Part shown: positions 60,475 to 64,000 of the stretch, in pieces
How the letters are laid out: each line of letters starts with the position of its first letter
How positions within the stretch are numbered: position 1 is the stretch's first letter
Assembly (NCBI GenBank): GCA_051117555.1
Contig: JBNPEG010000017.1
Location: 23,763 to 87,762, forward strand
Direction of reading: 5' to 3'
DNA from: Elainellaceae cyanobacterium
Lineage (GTDB): Bacteria; Cyanobacteriota; Cyanobacteriia; CAZCXK01
Length of the DNA stretch: 64,000 nucleotides
Program-made: the position numbers and the translations under genes
The notes under the pieces: model-generated
Database searches by the model: none
What the model was told of the DNA's origin: nothing
The model's input: the letters and a program-made list of their open reading frames with translations, nothing else

Positions 60475-61865
60475 GTTTCCGTCCCCTTGCGGGGTAAGTG
60501 AGATGAAACTTGCCGGTAGTTTAACGTGGTGCAGCCCTGTCAAAATGGAGTTTCCGTCCCCTTGCGGGGTAAGTGAGATGAAACGTACTCTCCGTCGTTG
60601 ACCAGCCTGTATCTGAAGTCTAGTTTCCGTCCCCTTGCGGGGTAAGTGAGATGAAACCTTGAGCGAACGCCAGACCTTCAGCGATCGCCTGTAGTGGAGT
60701 TTCCGTCCCCTTGCGGGGTAAGTGAGATGAAACCAGGGACATTTCAGCAGCCCACGTTTTCTATAGTTACGTTTCCGTCCCCTTGCGGGGTAAGTGAGAT
60801 GAAACAGGACATCGACTACAGCTCTCTAGCTACTGCCCACTTTGTCAGTTTCCGTCCCCTTGCGGGGTAAGTGAGATGAAACACAGAGACATGAAGTTTC
60901 TCAAGGAAAAGTTCAAAGTACGTTTCCGTCCCCTTGCGGGGTAAGTGAGATGAAACAAACCAGAGCCAGAACAAAGACCAAAAGGACTCAGTGAAGTTTC
61001 CGTCCCCTTGCGGGGTAAGTGAGATGAAACAAGAGCTGTGTATAGAAGTTTACCAAGAATGACCACTTAAGTTTCCGTCCCCTTGCGGGGTAAGTGAGAT
61101 GAAACCGCTTACGAGCGAATGACCGATGATCCCCAAAGTCTCCTTAGCGTTTCCGTCCCCTTGCGGGGTAAGTGAGATGAAACATCTTCGGGGAGCTAAC
61201 CTCGCAGGCGCTAACCTGAGATTCACAGTTTCCGTCCCCTTGCGGGGTAAGTGAGATGAAACTCTGTGCTTTATCCTGGCCCTCGAGGCGCTTTGCTTCC
61301 GATTGTTTCCGTCCCCTTGCGGGGTAAGTGAGATGAAACAAGCTCTAGGATTACTTCATACGTTGTTCTAGGGGCCATAGTTTCCGTCCCCTTGCGGGGT
61401 AAGTGAGATGAAACCGGGTCCGGCAACCCAGCTTGCATCGGCGATCGCCCGAAAAGGTTTCCGTCCCCTTGCGGGGTAAGTGAGATGAAACATACGATGT
61501 ATCGGGACTTCCGACTTAGTAGTGTTCAAGTTTCCGTCCCCTTGCGGGGTAAGTGAGATGAAACCTACGAGAACTCCGATGTTTCTGTTGTTCCTGGTAA
61601 ACTCGTTTCCGTCCCCTTGCGGGGTAAGTGAGATGAAACTTGGAAAACGATGAACACACTGGTAGTCATGCTGGTTATGGCAGGTTTCCGTCCCCTTGCG
61701 GGGTAAGTGAGATGAAACGCGGAAGACATTGGCACATCGACAGAGCAGTCAGAAACCGTTTCCGTCCCCTTGCGGGGTAAGTGAGATGAAACAAGGGGTT
61801 TAGCCAGGTTTTGCGGAAAAGGTGAGTCTTGTTTCCGTCCCCTTGCGGGGTAAGTGAGATGAAAC
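60475..61865 (-). CRISPR. CRISPR array, 19 identical 35-bp repeats, 18 spacers of 37-44 bp, type III-like
   Basis: Minus-strand repeat GTTTCATCTCACTTACCCCGCAAGGGGACGGAAAC, with a CCCC-GCAA-GGGG hairpin and 8-nt ACGGAAAC handle. Leader and cas2/cas1 lie on the right. Confidence 0.99.
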
Positions 61866-62118
61866 CCCTCGCTCAGCAGCGTGCGCTGGCTCAGCGTTTC
61901 AGCCTTTAAAACCACGGAGGTCAAATTGATTGTCAATAACGGCCTCTGTAGTGTCAATAACGGGAAACCTAAACGCCTGAAATCCTTACGTGTCAGGTGA
62001 TCCACGGAGGTCAACGAAACTATGCGGTTTTCAAGGTTCGGCTGACCTGCGTGGGTCAAAATTTCTTAACTGCCTCACACTCTAACGACAAAATCCATCA
62101 TCGTCTAGAGCAAATATA
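61866..62118 (-). promoter_or_regulatory. CRISPR leader
   Basis: Non-coding segment between cas2 and the first repeat, with repeated motifs. Confidence 0.85.
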
Positions 62119-62394
62119 TTAAATTATGTAAGCATTCGGTGGAGGTTGCGGCGCAGTGCTGCCAATAGTGAGCGTTTTGGCTAACGCGCCAGGCGAAATC
62201 CAGTAGAGTCTCACGTTATCCTCCGTTGGTTTCACTCGTTTTTGAACGAGATCATGTAGCCGCTTCATCTCGTCAAAACTCAGAAAGCACTCAAATACGC
62301 TTTCCTGTACCCGGCGTCCATATCCTTCTAGAAACTTCGATAGCTTCTGACGACGACGATTATTGGCAATGTCGTAAACTACCAAAACTAGCAT
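62119..62394 (-). CDS. cas2: CRISPR-associated endonuclease Cas2
   Basis: VVYDIANNRRR...RVQESVFEC...DNVRLY. Confidence 0.97.
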   Translation of the reverse strand: MLVLVVYDIANNRRRQKLSKFLEGYGRRVQESVFECFLSFDEMKRLHDLVQKRVKPTEDNVRLYWISPGALAKTLTIGSTAPQPPPNAYII

Positions 62395-63407
62395 TAGGTT
62401 TCCCTCCGATAGGCATGATAGGGAGTGCCAGATAGCAATGTTCGCTTATAGCGCTGAATCTGGAGTTGAATTACGCGGCGGTAGTCAACCTGATGCTTCA
62501 CATCAGGATGCGAGGTCTGGGTGCAAAACCGATTTTCGACATGCTTGAGAAACTTACGCCGCCCTGCATCTGTGAGATAGACGCCTCCCTCTTCATTGGG
62601 TGCTTGAAAATCATCGAGCCGAAATACTCGTTGATTGAGCACCTGAATAATGAGGGTATCGATAATGGGTGAGCGAAATTCTTCCATGAGGTCAAATGCC
62701 AGATGCGGTTCATTTCGATCTGAGCGGTGGAGATTACCAAGATGAGGATTGAGCCCTTCTGCTAAGAGCAAGCTCAACACGTTTTTAAATAACAGCGTGT
62801 AGCCAAAGCTCAACAATGAATTGACCGGATCAGTCGGCGGACGCCGCGATCGCCCTGTAAGGGAGAAATCATCATTGGTCATGAGCCGTCCTAATCCTGC
62901 AAAGTATCGCACCGCTGCTGAGCCTTCATGACCTCGCAAGGTGTTGAGCTGATCAATCTGGTCGAGCGGCTCGATCTTAAGCATGGCGTGGCTTATATCG
63001 GCGATCGCCCTATAGACCTCCATATCCTTGTGCTTGCGGTTAAGTTTTAGCAGGAGTTGTTTTGAGTTCCACAGTTTGCCGTACACCATCTCTTTCGCAA
63101 CCTGAATTTGGAATGTATCATCACACCAATGCTGAAACTGAGCTGATTCAACATTAAAATCTTGGTGTTCAGCGCTCCAAAGATGACCTTTATAGTTTCC
63201 AGACTGAGAAAGAAATACCACCGGAATGTTGGCAGCTAGGCAGGTTGCGATTACAGATGATGTCAGTTGAACATTGCCAAATACTAGGATTCGCTGAATT
63301 TCATGGATAGGGACTTCAGTTTCTGATCGGTCTGCATTGTGAATCAAAAATCGTCCGTGATCTTTGTGTAATGATGCACCCTGTTGGGTGAGATAAAGGG
63401 TTGACAT
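62394..63407 (-). CDS. cas1: CRISPR-associated endonuclease Cas1 (stand-alone)
   Basis: TLYLTQQG, RGHEG, RRPPTDPVNSLLSFGY, GNLH, DLMEEFR. Catalytic E/H/E retained. Confidence 0.98.
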   Translation of the reverse strand: MSTLYLTQQGASLHKDHGRFLIHNADRSETEVPIHEIQRILVFGNVQLTSSVIATCLAANIPVVFLSQSGNYKGHLWSAEHQDFNVESAQFQHWCDDTFQIQVAKEMVYGKLWNSKQLLLKLNRKHKDMEVYRAIADISHAMLKIEPLDQIDQLNTLRGHEGSAAVRYFAGLGRLMTNDDFSLTGRSRRPPTDPVNSLLSFGYTLLFKNVLSLLLAEGLNPHLGNLHRSDRNEPHLAFDLMEEFRSPIIDTLIIQVLNQRVFRLDDFQAPNEEGGVYLTDAGRRKFLKHVENRFCTQTSHPDVKHQVDYRRVIQLQIQRYKRTLLSGTPYHAYRRET

Positions 63408-63748
63408 CTCGGCTCTCCTAACAGGCTAAAAGGAATTGAATTCGAGTAATCGAACAAGAATTCCTTCCTAGGCTGCCCGTCTATCTCGCAAGGATGGAGG
63501 TAGAGATTTGAAGAAACAGTGAATGCCCCAAAATGAATAGTGAAGATCTAACAAGGCTGACGGATGGATGCCGAGGTTGGTAAAAGCAGCAATCAGAAGG
63601 CAGACATCAAATCGAAGCAAGCGATCGCCCGCTGTTAGCAATCGGCACCTTCAAAATCCGAATCGAGACTAGCTCAACGGGTTCTCATGGGAAACGCAAA
63701 CGACCGTTAAGATAGATTGATCGCAGATCCGCATTGACTTTTCCCAGC

Positions 63749-63809
63749 AGATCCCCGGCTTCTGCACCTGATGGGTTTGACATTATCTCTAATAAGAAGC
63801 CGGGGATCT
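63749..63809. repeat. Inverted repeat AGATCCCCGGCTTCT...AGAAGCCGGGGATCT
   Basis: Perfect 15-bp arms just downstream of the Uma2 stop. Confidence 0.75.
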
Positions 63810-63823
63810 TAAAACCCCTGTAC

Positions 63824-64000
63824 CTATTTCCAAACTCGTTTCAACTCTAAAACAAATCCTGACAAAACCTCATCACCCGATAGCTCAGCCGGATCGTCTA
63901 ACCTCTCGACTTCAACACCCGGACGATAAATGTCTACCCGCCGCTCTTGGGGATCAATCAACCAGCCGAGGCGCGCTCCGTTACTGATGTATTCCTGCAT
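63824..64000 (-). CDS. Uma2 (DUF820) family endonuclease, C-terminal part (truncated by the window edge)
   Basis: Own translation MQEYISNGARLGWLIDPQERRVDIYRPG...LSGDEVLSGFVLELKRVWK*. Confidence 0.88.
   Translation of the reverse strand: MQEYISNGARLGWLIDPQERRVDIYRPGVEVERLDDPAELSGDEVLSGFVLELKRVWK

Larger units (their letters stand above)
1..64000. repeat. HIP1 (GCGATCGC, often extended GGCGATCGCC) dispersed throughout
   Basis: The octamer recurs very frequently in coding and non-coding DNA (e.g. 592, 2435, 2468, 9134). It is a cyanobacterial hallmark. Confidence 0.95.

Noticed and set aside
60152..62059. Short ORFs across the HIP1 array and CRISPR
   Set aside because: Translations of repeats and spacers.
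63408..63823. tracrRNA or anti-repeat
   Set aside because: No extended complementarity to the repeat seen, and the repeat has a Cas6-type hairpin.

Overview
Chromosomal window from a cyanobacterium: HIP1 GCGATCGC is very dense (often as GGCGATCGCC), and CP12, an NdhR/CcmR-type LysR, TIGR02652 and cugP are present. Most of it is core or semi-core genes: menF-menD, aroK-argB, scpA, cugP, mltA, pmbA, UPF0182, two ABC exporters, CPA1, MFS, CDF and AI-2E transporters, and two Crp-family regulators. The right end carries a CRISPR array of 19 identical 35-bp repeats and 18 spacers with a type III-like repeat, its leader, cas2 and cas1. No effector cas genes are in the window, and a truncated Uma2 nuclease gene lies upstream. 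Notable items: two unrelated 21-bp-period arrays, each with one GANTC per unit; a 29-bp HIP1 tandem array abutting the CRISPR trailer; many MITEs, some nested; a secreted protein of ten 16-aa repeats next to a secreted amidase with an NtcA-type promoter; a TIR/NDT-like fusion protein; a NOX-like flavocytochrome; a spacer derived from a pentapeptide-repeat gene; and small proteins missed by the ORF track. All calls are from reading the sequence only. No searches were run.
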